Shown piece by piece: positions 1-10,696 of a stretch of DNA of 64,000 nucleotides. Below the pieces are notes generated by a model, which did no database searches, was not told where the DNA came from, and saw nothing but the letters and a program-made list of their open reading frames with translations. Each line of letters starts with the position of its first letter. Within the stretch, counting starts at the first letter, position 1. The stretch is from positions 62,001 to 126,000 of the forward strand of contig OZ251251.1 of the NCBI GenBank assembly GCA_965240325.2, written 5' to 3'. Origin of the DNA: Rebecca billardiae RCC1528. Its lineage: Eukaryota > Protista > Haptophyta. A program made the position numbers and the translations under genes.

Positions 1-476
1 TATCTGCACCAATGGCATCGGTGATGGCCATCATATGAATTCGGCTGGGCCTGGTGCCTGGTGCCCCTCGAACTTGGAGCAATATACACATGCACAGGGG
101 CAGTGTAATGACTCATCAGTATCTGAACGTGTACAGTCGTAGTGCCGTACGTACTTGTATAGAATGTACGACAGATAGCAAGTGCGTCAGCACGGTGTGC
201 GCGCGGAACCCACGCGCGCAGCTGCTGCTCAATGGCACTGTGTGCATCCATCCAGATGCTCAATCGTATAACCGCGCGCGCGTCGTGCTCCTTCTGGCGA
301 TCCGGTGTTACGATACGCTGATGATGCTGCAGGGGTTGCCTGGGGCCGCCAGTCGCCACGCGGGGGGCAGGGCGGCGAGGCAGCGCCCGCCCGCAGCGCC
401 CCGCTCCCCCCCCGTGGACGCTGACTCAAGCCGCACCCACCCCAGCGCGGCGATCCCACGCCAGGGAGGGCGGGCG

Positions 477-936
477 GGAGGCGGAGGAGCGCCGCTGGCT
501 GTCCGTGAGTGTGCCGGCGCCGCCGCGGCCTGCCGCCCGGGGGCCCCGGGCCCGGGCGGGGCCGCTGTGCTCAGGCGTCGGCCGGGGCAGGGTGCGCCGG
601 GGGGCAGTCGCGGCGGAAGCGGTCGACTGCACGACGTGGGCTGCCCTGACCGGCCCCGAAGGTGCGCCTGTCACGCCGAGGGTCGGCCCGCCTGCAGGTA
701 CGCTCACTTTCCGCTTGGTACCCGCGCCGCAAAGGCGAGCTGCTTCCGACTCACATCTCGTCGCCGTCCGGTCACTCCGGCGATGCCGCTGCGAGCGCCG
801 AGCCCGCGTCCGGCCGGGTACCCCCACCTAGCGGGGAGGGGCACGGGCGGCGGCGGAGCAGCGACGCGGCAGTCATAACGCGATAACCGCCGCGGACTGC
901 CAAACCCACCACTCCCGTCGCGTCGGCCATCGCCCC
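477..936. repeat. 460-bp direct repeat B, copy 1 (copy 2 at 4422-4881)
   Basis: Direct sequence comparison; the ORF track gives identical peptides for 662..886 and 4607..4831. Confidence 0.95.
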
Positions 937-1061
937 ATAACCGCGCGCGCGTCGTGCTCCTTCTGGCGATCCGGTGTTACGATACGCTGATGATGCTGCA
1001 GGGGTTGCCTGGGGCCGCCAGTCGCCACGCGGGGGGCAGGGCGGCGAGGCAGCGCCCGCCC
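937..1061. repeat. 125-bp direct repeat A, copy 2 (copy 1 at 268-392)
   Basis: ataaccgcgcgcgcgtcgtgctccttctgg...cagcgcccgccc is present at both positions. Confidence 0.95.
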
Positions 1062-1599
1062 AAAGGGGCGCAGCGCCAGGCGCCACGCCGGCATGGCCGG
1101 CGTCGGCCGGCGCGGCCGAGGCCAGGCCCGGCCCCGACCCCCAGAGGCGCAGCGCCCTGCCCACCACTCCACAGCACGCCGCCGGCGCTTGGCCGCTGCG
1201 CGGCGGGTTTGGCCGCTGCGCGGCGGGTGGCGTGACGCCCCCTCCAGAGCGCTCAGCCCTTCCCAGAGGTCGCCGAGAGCCCGGCAGCGACCTTCCGAGC
1301 AGTGGGGTAACCTGCCCGTCGTCGCGCGCCGGCACCGGCCAGGCGAGGCGCTGCAGGTGACCAGCAGGCCATGCGCCGTCCACTCGCCCGAAATCGCCCA
1401 GCAGCACGCGCGCACCGCCGCCGAGGCCGCCGGCCGGCAAGAGCGCATACGCCCGAGCTGCCGCGGCACACGCCCGAGCCGCCAAGAGGCTCAGGTATCG
1501 ACGCCGGTTCGCCGACAACGTCGTCAATCACGCCCCGGCCGCAGACACCACGTGCGCCCATGAAAGCGCGCCGAAAAATGTGTGCGAGACGACGCGCAC

Positions 1600-1820
1600 G
1601 GATGGTGATGGTCGCGCGGCGCACGCATGATGGTCGCGCGCGCGTGATGATCGGCGCATGATGATCGGTGCGCGCGCATGACGGCGCGCACGAATGATGA
1701 TCGGCACAAGCGCATGATGATCGGCACGCACGCATGATGATCGGAGCGCGCGCATGATGAACTGATGATCGGCACATAATGATCGGTGCGCGCGCATGAC
1801 CGTGCGCGCGCGTGACGATC
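1600..1820. repeat. Short degenerate tandem repeat (gcatgatgatcgg motif)
   Basis: Many copies of gcgcatgatgatcgg-like units; boundaries approximate. Confidence 0.85.
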
Positions 1821-1834
1821 ACGCCCAGCGGCTC

Positions 1835-2785
1835 GAAGATAGACGATGAGCGCCATCACGCTCGAGCGAAGCAGAAGGTGATGAGTGAGGAAGATGGAAC
1901 AGGAATGAGGGAAAGGAACGCGCGGTGCGTGACGGGAAGGATCAGGTGCGCCCGGCGCGAGGGATGGAACACGTGTAGTAGGAACGAAACGGAACGGAAA
2001 GTAGCTGCTTGAGCGACAGGCAGAAAGTCATTGCCGATGATGAGCGCGTCCCCGCTCGAGCGACACAGAAGGTGGCGAGCGAGAAAGGCGGAGCTGGGAT
2101 GAAGGAAAGGAACGCGCGGTGCGAGATGGGAAGGACCAGGAACGTGCAGCGTGAGGCAGGGAATGCACGTAGATCGGAACGGAACCGGATTGAAGGAGAG
2201 TCAGAGGAACGCGCGGTGTGACACTGAAGTGGAACGCTCCGGACCGCGCGTAGGAACGGAACTGAAGGCAGCTGCTCGAGCGAGAGGCAGAAGGTGATTG
2301 ACGATGAGCGCGTCCACGATCGAGCGAAGCAGACGGTGACGCGCGTGGATGACTGGCCAGGAGTGCAGGATAGGATTGGCTCATGGCTGTGGAGACGGAA
2401 CAGACACGCGCGGCGTGAGGAAAAGGACGCACGCGCGTCGTGTAGATCGGAACGAAACTGGAATGAAGGAGAGGAATGCGCGGCGTGAGACGGAAGTGGA
2501 ATGCTCGGACCGCGCGCGGGAACGGAAATGAAGGCCGCTGCTCGCGCGATAGGCAGAGGGTGATTGACGATGAGCGCGTTCACGTCGAGCGAGGCAGAAG
2601 GTGACGCGTGCGGATGATTGACTGGGATGAAGGAGAGGAATGCGCAGCGTGAGTAAATGGAAGTGGAACGCTCGTACCGCGCACGGGAACGGAACTGAAG
2701 GCCGCTGCTCGAGCGATAGGCATGAGGTGATTGACGATGCGCCCGTTCACGCTCGAGCGAAGCGGAGGGTGACGCGCGCGGACGA
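1835..2785. repeat. Degenerate purine-rich tandem repeat with units of about 170-270 bp
   Basis: Recurring gacgatgagcgcg...cgagcgaagcag...gaagga(a/g)aggaa(c/t)gcgcgg blocks near 1842, 2035, 2300, 2567 and 2733. Confidence 0.75.
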
Positions 2786-3400
2786 GAAGTTACGCGCATG
2801 TGAGGCGCAACGTCAGGCAGGCACATGTGACGCGCGAAGAAGTTAAGCGCAGTGAGGCGCAGAGAAGTTATCATAGGCGGTGCAAGTGACCCGCAAAGAT
2901 ACGCGCATGTGAGGCGCAAAGTTGGGCGCATGATTGTGACGCGCGGAGAAGTTAGGCGCAGTGAGGCGCAGAGAAGTTAGGCGCAAGTGACCGTTAGGCG
3001 CAAGTGACACGCGAAGTTACGCACATGTAAGGCGCAAAGTTAGGCGCATGTGATGCGCGGAGAGGTTAGGCGCAGTGAGGCGCGCGGAGAAGTTAGGCGC
3101 AGTGAGGCGCAGAGAAGTTAGGCGCAAGTGATGACAGTTAGGCGCAAGTGACGCGCGAAGTTACGCGCATGCAAGGCGCAAAGTTAGGCGCATGTGACGC
3201 GCGGAGAAGTTAGGCGCAGTGAGGCGCAGAGAAGTTAGGCGCAAGTGACCGTTAGGCGCAAGTGACACGCGAAGTTACGCACATGTAAGGCGCAAAGTTA
3301 GGCGCATGTGATGCGCGGAGAGGTTAGGCGCAGTGAGGCGCAAAGACACGCGCATGTAAGGAGCAAAGTTACGCGCATGTGACGCTCGGAGAAGTTGGGC
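2786..3400. repeat. Minisatellite built on gaagttaggcgca units, with a higher-order duplication
   Basis: Many (ga)agttaggcgca(gt/ag/tg) units; about 2935-3080 recurs at about 3195-3340. Confidence 0.9.
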
Positions 3401-3599
3401 GCAGGCTGACACGCAGCCGCGCGAGTGCGGGTTCAGGCGAGCGGCGGCGAGCGGCGGCGGCGTGCGTGACACGAGCATGCCGCGTGCGAGCGGCTTGGTC
3501 CGTATCGATATGCGCCCCGCCTTCGCGCGCTGCCGAAGGACGTAGAAGTAGCAGCATGGATGTGGCCACTGCCCGCCCCGCCGAAGCGCGCTCCATCCA

Positions 3600-4380
3600 C
3601 AGCTCGAGCGAGGTGGCGGAAGGTGATGATGAGTGCGCTCTCGCGCGAGCGAAGCAGACGGCGATGAGCGCTGAGTGACCGCGACGGACGCCCGCGCACC
3701 GGCACCTCCCGCGGCGCCCCGCTGCGCGCTCAGCCGCCGGACGCTGCAGGAGGAGTAGCACTGATGCACTCGTCGTCATCCCCAGGATACAAGCGCGCTC
3801 GAGCTCGAGCGAAGCAGAAGGCGCGGAGCGCGCGGCTCGTTCGAGCGAAGCAGAGGGTGGTGAGCTAGGAGCGCGCACGACGGGCGGCAGCGCACCGCTC
3901 CCTCGCGCTCCGCTCCGCTGTGCGCCCAGCGCCGGAAGCCGCAGGGGACCCCGAAGCAGCACTGGTGCAATTGCATGAGGCCGGGCGTGATGAATGCGCT
4001 GAGGGCGCTCTCGCTCGAGCGAAGCAGATGGCGATGAGCGCTGAGTGACCGCGACGGACGCCCCTGCACCGGCACCTCCCGCGTCGCCCCGCTGTGCGCT
4101 CGGCCGCCGGACGGTGCAGGAGGACGCCGAAGCAGCACGGATGCACGCGTCATCCCCAGGATAAAAGCGCGCTGGCGCACGAGCGAGGCAGAATGCGCGG
4201 AGCGCGCGCCTCGCTCGAGCTAGGCAGAGGGTGGTGACGAGCGAAGAGCGCGCACGATGGACGGCAGCGCACCGCCCCCTCACACTCCGCTCCACTGTGC
4301 GCCCAGCGCCGGAAGCCGCAGGCGACCCAGAAGCAGCACGGGTGCAATTTCATGAGGCCGGGCGGGATGAATGCGCGCGC
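3600..4380. repeat. Two degenerate units of about 360-380 bp
   Basis: gcgatgagcgctgagtgaccgcgacggacgccc at about 3661 and 4031; gcgcccagcgccggaagccgcagg at about 3922 and 4299. Confidence 0.75.
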
Positions 4381-5104
4381 TGCTCGCCACACCGAGGGGA
4401 CACCGAGGAACGAAGAACGAAGGAGGCGGAGGAGCGCCGCTGGCTGTCCGTGAGTGTGCCGGCGCCGCCGCGGCCTGCCGCCCGGGGGGCCCGGGCCCGG
4501 GCGGGGCCGCTGTGCTCAGGCGTCGGCCGGGGCAGGGTGCGCCGGGGGGCAGTCGCGGCGGAAGCGGTCGACTGCACGACGTGGGCTGCCCTGACCGGCC
4601 CCGAAGGTGCGCCTGTCACGCCGAGGGTCGGCCCGCCTGCAGGTACGCTCACTTTCCGCTTGGTACCCGCGCCGCAAAGGCGAGCTGCTTCCGACTCACA
4701 TCTCGTCGCCGTCCGGTCACTCCGGCGATGCCGCTGCGAGCGCCGAGCCCGCGTCCGGCCGGGTACCCCCACCTAGCGGGGAGGGGCACGGGCGGCGGCG
4801 GAGCAGCGACGCGGCAGTCATAACGCGATAACCGCCGCGGACTGCCAAACCCACCACTCCCGTCGCGTCGGCCATCGCCCCCTCACTCTCGATGATGAGT
4901 GCCGCCCCGCTACAATGCCATCGCACCTTCGGATTGGGCCATTCGATCGCCGGCGCATCACCACGCCACGCACGCGCAGCGCGAGCTCGAGCGCCGGGCT
5001 GCTCAGCACAGCAGTGCTGGCACGCGAGGCTGCATGCGCGGCGCGTGTGCACGCCGCACTCACAAGGCTGCAAATGAGCACCGCACCCGCCACTGGCCGG
5101 CCGC

Positions 5105-6532
5105 TCAGCGCAGCCCACAGCGCAGGGGCGGCAGCTGCACCACGCGCTGCGGCATTGGCTGCTCTCCGCGATCGTTGCCCACGCCCAGGCCGAGCGCGCC
5201 CACATGTGCGCCGCACCCGTGCACGCCGCCGTCCGCTGTGACGCAGAGGGCGTGGGAGAGGCCAAGCGAGCAGTCGAGCACGCGCGCATGCGCGAGGCCC
5301 TCCACCCGCTCGGGCAGCAGCGCGCAATCCACTTGGTCCCCCAGCCCCAGCTGGCCTTTGTAGTTGAACCCAAACGTGTGCACGCTGCCGTCCGCGCACA
5401 CCACCGCGCTGGTGTAAGAGCCCGCGCTGGCGCGCACGGCACGCATGCCGCCCAGTGCTTCGATGCGCGTAGGCACCAAGCGATTGGTCACGTCATCGTG
5501 GCCGAGCGCGCCACGAGAGCCGTCTCCGAAGGAGTGCACGCCGCCCGCTGCGTCCACCACCAGGCTGTGCTCGTAGCCAGCGCTCACGTGCACGGCGCGC
5601 ACGCCGTCCAGCGCCTCAATGCGCAGTGACGTGTGCTGCGCCTGCCAGTCGCCGTGGCCAAGGCGGCCGTACACGCCGTCGCCGCATGCGTACACGGCGC
5701 CGCACGCCGTGAGCAGCAGCGTGTGCCGGCCGCCCGCCGCCACGCCGCCAACGCGCACGCCGTCCAGCGCCTCGATGCGCGTCGGCTGCAGCCGGTCCTT
5801 CTTGTTGCCGTGGCCGAGCTGGCCTTGGCTGTTGTAACCCCAGCTGTACGCCGCGCCACCAGCCGTGAGCGCGAGGCTGTGGTCGTCGCCAGCGCTTATG
5901 CCGACGACGAGCTCCGCGCCCAGCGCCGCCACCTGCACGAACGCCCGTCGCTCAGCCTTGTCGCCCACGCCCAGCTGGCCGTAGTCGTTGCTGCCGCACG
6001 CGTACACGGCGCCCGCCTCGCTCAGCACGAGCAGGTGAGTGCCGCCGGCCGCCACTGCACGCACGCGCACTGCCACCAGCGAGCTTACGCGCGCCGGCAC
6101 GAGCACGGCCGTCTCCATGCTGAGCTCGGGATGGCCCAGCGGTGCGCCGCATGTGTGCACGCCGCCGGCACCGTCAACAAAGGCGGAGAAGCCCATGCCA
6201 AAGGTTGGGCTGGCGGACGCGACGTGCGCGTGCGCGTGAGCTAGATCGGGGATGCGCTCGCGCGCGAACAGATCCTCCGCCCACGTGGACACGCCCGCGG
6301 GCAGGGCCGCCGGCAGCGCGACCTCGTGCCCACGCGCGCGCGCGCGCTCGCGCAGCGCGTGCTCGAGCGGCGCGCCGCGGAAGAGGCGCGCGGCGGCGTT
6401 GGCGGCGACGAGGTCGCGCACGTCATCGAGGTGGACGAGGATGCGCGCGATCAGCTCGGGCGGCAGGGCGGTTAGCCGCACCGCCGCCGCTGCCGAGCGC
6501 GCCTGGGTACGCGCGCGCGTCGTCGGCGCCAT
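5105..6532 (-). CDS. F-box-like + 7x RCC1-repeat protein, copy 1 (475 aa)
   Basis: Starts at the family ATG (MAPTTR). F-box-like LTALPPELIARILVHLDDVRDL; repeats of AG..H.L.L...G.VY..G.N..GQLG.G; ends LPPLRCGLR. The upstream ORF extension is spacer read-through. Confidence 0.9.
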   Translation of the reverse strand: MAPTTRARTQARSAAAAVRLTALPPELIARILVHLDDVRDLVAANAAARLFRGAPLEHALRERARARGHEVALPAALPAGVSTWAEDLFARERIPDLAHAHAHVASASPTFGMGFSAFVDGAGGVHTCGAPLGHPELSMETAVLVPARVSSLVAVRVRAVAAGGTHLLVLSEAGAVYACGSNDYGQLGVGDKAERRAFVQVAALGAELVVGISAGDDHSLALTAGGAAYSWGYNSQGQLGHGNKKDRLQPTRIEALDGVRVGGVAAGGRHTLLLTACGAVYACGDGVYGRLGHGDWQAQHTSLRIEALDGVRAVHVSAGYEHSLVVDAAGGVHSFGDGSRGALGHDDVTNRLVPTRIEALGGMRAVRASAGSYTSAVVCADGSVHTFGFNYKGQLGLGDQVDCALLPERVEGLAHARVLDCSLGLSHALCVTADGGVHGCGAHVGALGLGVGNDRGEQPMPQRVVQLPPLRCGLR

Positions 6533-7002
6533 GCTTGTTGCCCACGCCGGCCGACACGACGACGGTTGCCGACTTCGTCCCGAACTCATCAGGCGACTGG
6601 GAGGACACAGACTCATCCGCCGTATCTGAACGTGTACAGTCGTAGTGCCGTATATACTTGTTGTAGAATGTACGACCGGATAGAGTCTATATAGTGCGTC
6701 AGCACGGTGTGCGCGCGGAACCCACGCGCGCAGCTGCTGCTCAATGGCACTGTGCGCATCCATCCAGATGCTCAATCGTCTCACTCTCGATGATGAGTGC
6801 CGCCCCGCTACAATGCCATTGCGCCTTCGGATTGGGCCATCCGATCGTCGGCGCATCACCACGCCACGCACGCGCAGCGCGAGCTCGAGCGCCGGGCTGC
6901 TCAGCACCGCAGTGCTGGCACGCGAGGCTGCATGCGCGGCCCGTGTGCACGCCGCACTCACAAGGCTGCAAATGAGCACCGCACCCGCCACGGGCCGGTC
7001 GC

Positions 7003-8427
7003 TCAGCGCAGCCCACAGCGCAGGGGCGGCAGCTGCACCACGCGCTGCGGCGATGGCTGCTCTCCGCCATCGTTGCCCACGCCCAGGCCGAGCGCGGCCG
7101 AATGTCTGCCGCACGCGTGCACGCCGCCGTCCGCTGTGACGTAGAGGGTGTGACGATCGCCAAATGAGCAGCCGAGCACGCGCACGTGCGCGAGGCCCTC
7201 TACCCGCTCGGGCAGCGTGCGATCCACTGTGTCCCCCAGCCCCAGCTGGCCGAAGCCGTTGTCCCCGAACGCGTGCACGCTGCCATCCGCGCACACCACC
7301 GCGCTGCTGTGACAGCTCGCGCTGGCGCGCACGGCACGCATGCCGCCCAGCGCCTCGATGCGCGTGGGCACCAAGCGACGCGCCACGTCACCGTGGCCGA
7401 GCGCACCACAATAATTGTCTCCGAAGGAGTGCACGCCGCCCGCTGCGTCCACCACCAGGCTGTGCGCCGTACCAGCGCTCACGTGCACGGCGCGCACGCC
7501 CGCGAGCGCCTCGATGCGCAGTGGCGTGCGCTGCCGCTGCTCGTCACCGTGGCCAAGGCAACCAGCATAGCCATGCCCGCACGAGTACACGGCGCCGCAC
7601 GCCGAGAGCAGCAGCGTGTGGCAGCTGCCCGCGGCCACGCCGCCCACGCGCACGCCGTCCAGCGCCTCGATGCGCGTCGGCTCCAGCCGGTGCTCCGTGT
7701 CGCCGTGGCCGAGCTGGCCACAGCCGTTGCTACCCCAGCTATACGCCGCACCCGCAGCCGTGAGCGCGAGGCTATGGCCATCGCCAGCGCGTATGCCGAC
7801 GACGAGCGCCGCGCCCAGCGCCGCCACCTGAACGAACGCCCGTCGCTCAGCCTTGTCGCCCACGCCCAGCTGGCCGTAGTCGTTGCGGCCGCACGCGTAC
7901 ACGGCGCCCGCCTCGCTCAGCGCGAGCAGGTGCGTGCCGCCGGCCGCCACTGCACGCACGCGCACTGCCGCCAGCGCGCTTACGCGCGCCGGCACGTGCA
8001 CGGCCGTCTCCATGCTGAGCTCGGGATGGCCCAGCGGTGCGCCGCATGTGTGCACGCTGCCGGCACCGTCAACAAAGGCGGAGAAGCCCGTGCCGATTGT
8101 TGGGCTGGCGGACGCGACGTGCGCGTGCGCGTGAGCTAGATCGGCGATGCGCTCGCGCGCGAACAGCTCCTCCGCCCACGTGGACACGCCCGCGGGCAGG
8201 GCCGCCGGCAGCGCGACCTCGTGCCCACGCGCGCGCGCGCGCTCGCGCAGCGCGTGCTCGAGCGGCGCGCCGCGGAAGAGGCGCGCGGCGGCGTTGGCGG
8301 CGACGAGGTCGCGCACGTCATCGAGGTGGACGAGGATGCGCGCGATCAGCTCGGGCGGCACGTCGGTTAGCTGCACGGTCGCCGCTGCCGAGCGCGCCTT
8401 GGTACGCGAGCGCGTCGTCGGCGCCAT
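7003..8427 (-). CDS. F-box-like + 7x RCC1-repeat protein, copy 2 (474 aa)
   Basis: Same architecture; starts MAPTTRSRTK. Confidence 0.9.
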   Translation of the reverse strand: MAPTTRSRTKARSAAATVQLTDVPPELIARILVHLDDVRDLVAANAAARLFRGAPLEHALRERARARGHEVALPAALPAGVSTWAEELFARERIADLAHAHAHVASASPTIGTGFSAFVDGAGSVHTCGAPLGHPELSMETAVHVPARVSALAAVRVRAVAAGGTHLLALSEAGAVYACGRNDYGQLGVGDKAERRAFVQVAALGAALVVGIRAGDGHSLALTAAGAAYSWGSNGCGQLGHGDTEHRLEPTRIEALDGVRVGGVAAGSCHTLLLSACGAVYSCGHGYAGCLGHGDEQRQRTPLRIEALAGVRAVHVSAGTAHSLVVDAAGGVHSFGDNYCGALGHGDVARRLVPTRIEALGGMRAVRASASCHSSAVVCADGSVHAFGDNGFGQLGLGDTVDRTLPERVEGLAHVRVLGCSFGDRHTLYVTADGGVHACGRHSAALGLGVGNDGGEQPSPQRVVQLPPLRCGLR

Positions 8428-8926
8428 GCTACCGCGAATTGACCCGACGATGATGACGGTTGGCGAGCGGCTGGTTGCCCGGCGCAGGCAGGACGACAGA
8501 ACATCAGTCATACAGTACGGCTCTATTGAACGTGTACAGTCGTATCTTACTAGTAGTACTTGTACAGTGCACAGCAGATCGCGCGACAGCACGGCGGCGG
8601 TGTGCGCGCGGAACCCACGCGCGCAGCTGCGCTGCTCGCCAATGCTGGCACTGCGCGCATCTCACCATCTCACTCTCGACGATGAGTGCCCGCCTACCAC
8701 GCGACGCGCAGCGCGAGCTCGAGCGGCTGCTCCAGCACAGCTGTGCTGCCACACGAGGCCGCATGCGCAGCCCGTGTGGCGCGGGCTGATGGCAGCGGGC
8801 CTGAGTGGCTGGCGCATGGCTGCGACGCCTCACTGACCATGTCCGAAGAGAGCAGCGGCGAGCACTCGCACACGCCGCACTCGCAACACTGCGCGTGAGC
8901 ACCGCACCCGCCACGGGGCCGGCCAC

Positions 8927-10390
8927 TCAGCACGCCTCAGAGCGCAGGGGCGGCAGCTGTGCCACGCACTGCGGCGCCGGCTGCTTTCCGCCATCGACGC
9001 CCACGCCCAGGCCGAGCGCGCGCGAATGTGCGCCGCACGCGTGCACGCCGCCGTCCGCTGTGACGTAGAGGGCGTGGAATTGGCCAAACGAGCAGTCGGC
9101 CACGCGCGCATGCGCGAGGCTCGCCACCCGCGTGGGCAGCATGCGATCCACTGTGTCCCCCAGCTCCAGCTGGCCGTAGGCGTTGAACCCAAACGCGTGC
9201 ACGCTGCCGTCCGCGCACACCACCGCGCTGCTGCGAGAGCGAGAGCCCGCGCTGGCGCGCACCGCACGCATGCCACCCAGTGCGTCGATGCGTGTGGGCA
9301 CGACGCGTTGGGCCGCGTCGCCGTGCCCGAGCGCACCAATATAATTGCATCCGAAGGAGTGCACGCCACCCGCCGCGTCCACCACCAGGCTGTGCAGACC
9401 GCCTGCGCTCACGTGCACGGCGCACACGCCCGTGAGCGCCTCGATGCGCCGCGGCGTGCGCTGATCCTGCTCGTCGCCGTGGCCAAGGCGACCGTACATG
9501 CCGTCGCCGCACGAGTACACGGCGCCGCACGCCGAGAGCAGCAGCGTGTGGCCGCCGCCCGCGGCCACGCCGCCCACGCGCACGCCGTCCAGCGCCTCGA
9601 TGCGCGTCGGCTCCAGCCGGTGCTCCGTGTCGCCGTGGCCGAGCTGGCCGGAGTAGTTGTAACCCCAGCTGTACGCGCACCCAGCAGCGGTGAGCGCGAG
9701 GCTGTGGTGCCCACCGGTCATGACGCCCACGACGGCTGCACCGTGCAGCGCCCTGACGGGAGCAAACGAACGCCGCTCCTCCGTGTCCCCCAGCCCCAGC
9801 TGGCCGTACTTGTTGTTGCCGCACGCATACACGGCGCCCGCCTCGCTCAGCGCGAGCAGGTGGACCTGACCAGCGGCCACTGCGGCCACGCGCACCGCGC
9901 CGAGGGAGGCGACGTGCGTGGGCAGGCGCACTTCGGGGCTTTCCGCGTGCCCGATGGCCGCGTTCACCCGGTACTCACCTGTCGGCCACCTGTGCTCGTC
10001 CCGCACCTCCTCCTCGCCGCACGTGTGCAGCCCGCCATCCGCGTCCACAAACGCGCTGTACTGATAGCCGGCCGCCACCGGGGATGCGTGCACGCGCGCG
10101 AGCTCGAGCACGCGCTCGCGCGCGAAGAGCTCCTCCGCCCACGTGTAGACTCCGGCGGGGAGTGACGCCGGCAGCGCGCGCTCGTGCCCGCGCGCGCGCG
10201 CGCGCTCGCGCAGCGCGCGCTCGACCGGCGAGTACCCGCCGGGCGGCGCGGCGCGGAAGAGGCGCGCTGTGGCGTTCAAGCTGGCGAGATCGCGTGGCGG
10301 AAGGGGCGAGATGATGCGGCCGAGCAGCTCGGGAGGCAGGTCGTCTAGCAGCGCGAGGCGACGCGCGTGCGCCTGTGCCGTGCTGGCCAT
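8927..10390 (-). CDS. F-box-like + 7x RCC1-repeat protein, divergent copy 3 (487 aa)
   Basis: MASTAQ...LDDLPPELLGRIISPLPPRDLASLNATARLFR (a more canonical F-box). Distinct blades 1-2 with an insertion, family-like blades 3-7, ends LRSEAC. Confidence 0.88.
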   Translation of the reverse strand: MASTAQAHARRLALLDDLPPELLGRIISPLPPRDLASLNATARLFRAAPPGGYSPVERALRERARARGHERALPASLPAGVYTWAEELFARERVLELARVHASPVAAGYQYSAFVDADGGLHTCGEEEVRDEHRWPTGEYRVNAAIGHAESPEVRLPTHVASLGAVRVAAVAAGQVHLLALSEAGAVYACGNNKYGQLGLGDTEERRSFAPVRALHGAAVVGVMTGGHHSLALTAAGCAYSWGYNYSGQLGHGDTEHRLEPTRIEALDGVRVGGVAAGGGHTLLLSACGAVYSCGDGMYGRLGHGDEQDQRTPRRIEALTGVCAVHVSAGGLHSLVVDAAGGVHSFGCNYIGALGHGDAAQRVVPTRIDALGGMRAVRASAGSRSRSSAVVCADGSVHAFGFNAYGQLELGDTVDRMLPTRVASLAHARVADCSFGQFHALYVTADGGVHACGAHSRALGLGVGVDGGKQPAPQCVAQLPPLRSEAC

Positions 10391-10696
10391 CGCTCCCGCC
10401 CCCCCTGCTCCCGCCACGCCGGGCGAGTGTTGGCGTGGCTGGACTCAACCGCAAACGGTCCGGCGCCAGTGGAGCACTCTCACGCTGTCTCCGTGACTCC
10501 GACTCCGTCTCCTGCTCACGCGATCAGACTAGCTGACTCACTCACTCACTGAGACTGCGTCAATCGGGGCACTCGTCGCGCCGAGACTCGGCACGCTACG
10601 AGCTAGAGCAGCGCGGGCGATGACTCATAGCAGTCGTACACGCGGCCACCCTAACAGGACTGCGCGTGAACACCGCACCCGCCACGGGCCGGCCGC

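Larger units (their letters stand above)
268..4881 (-). mobile_element. Non-autonomous split-direct-repeat element (Ngaro/PAT/TOC1-like tyrosine-recombinase retroelement derivative), 4614 bp
   Basis: Interrupts the array spacer: the empty paralogous site reads caatcgt|ctcactctc (about 6773-6788), whereas here caatcgt ends at 267 and ctcactctc resumes at 4882, with no TSD. Repeat A is 268-392 = 937-1061 (125 bp). Repeat B is 477-936 = 4422-4881 (460 bp, one substitution seen). The internal B1|A2 junction (cgcccc|ataacc, 936/937) equals the element's right end joined to its left end. No RT or YR ORF recognised; strand inferred from repeat order. Confidence 0.75.

Noticed and set aside
1-110. 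Non-spacer sequence at the window start, possibly the end of another insertion (ends cagtgtaa)
   Set aside because: The other end lies outside the window, so no TIR or TSD can be tested.
2786-3400. CRISPR array or telomere (gttaggc repeats)
   Set aside because: No unique spacers and no cas genes; the units are degenerate minisatellite copies inside a mobile element.
477-4881. LTR retrotransposon (460-bp direct repeats)
   Set aside because: No TG...CA ends, TSD, PBS or gag-pol, and the insertion boundary lies at 268, outside the repeat.
5105-6532. Calling the family RCC1, UVR8 or HERC orthologues
   Set aside because: No conserved UVR8 GWRHT motifs and no HECT domain; only the fold is shared, so no gene symbol was assigned.
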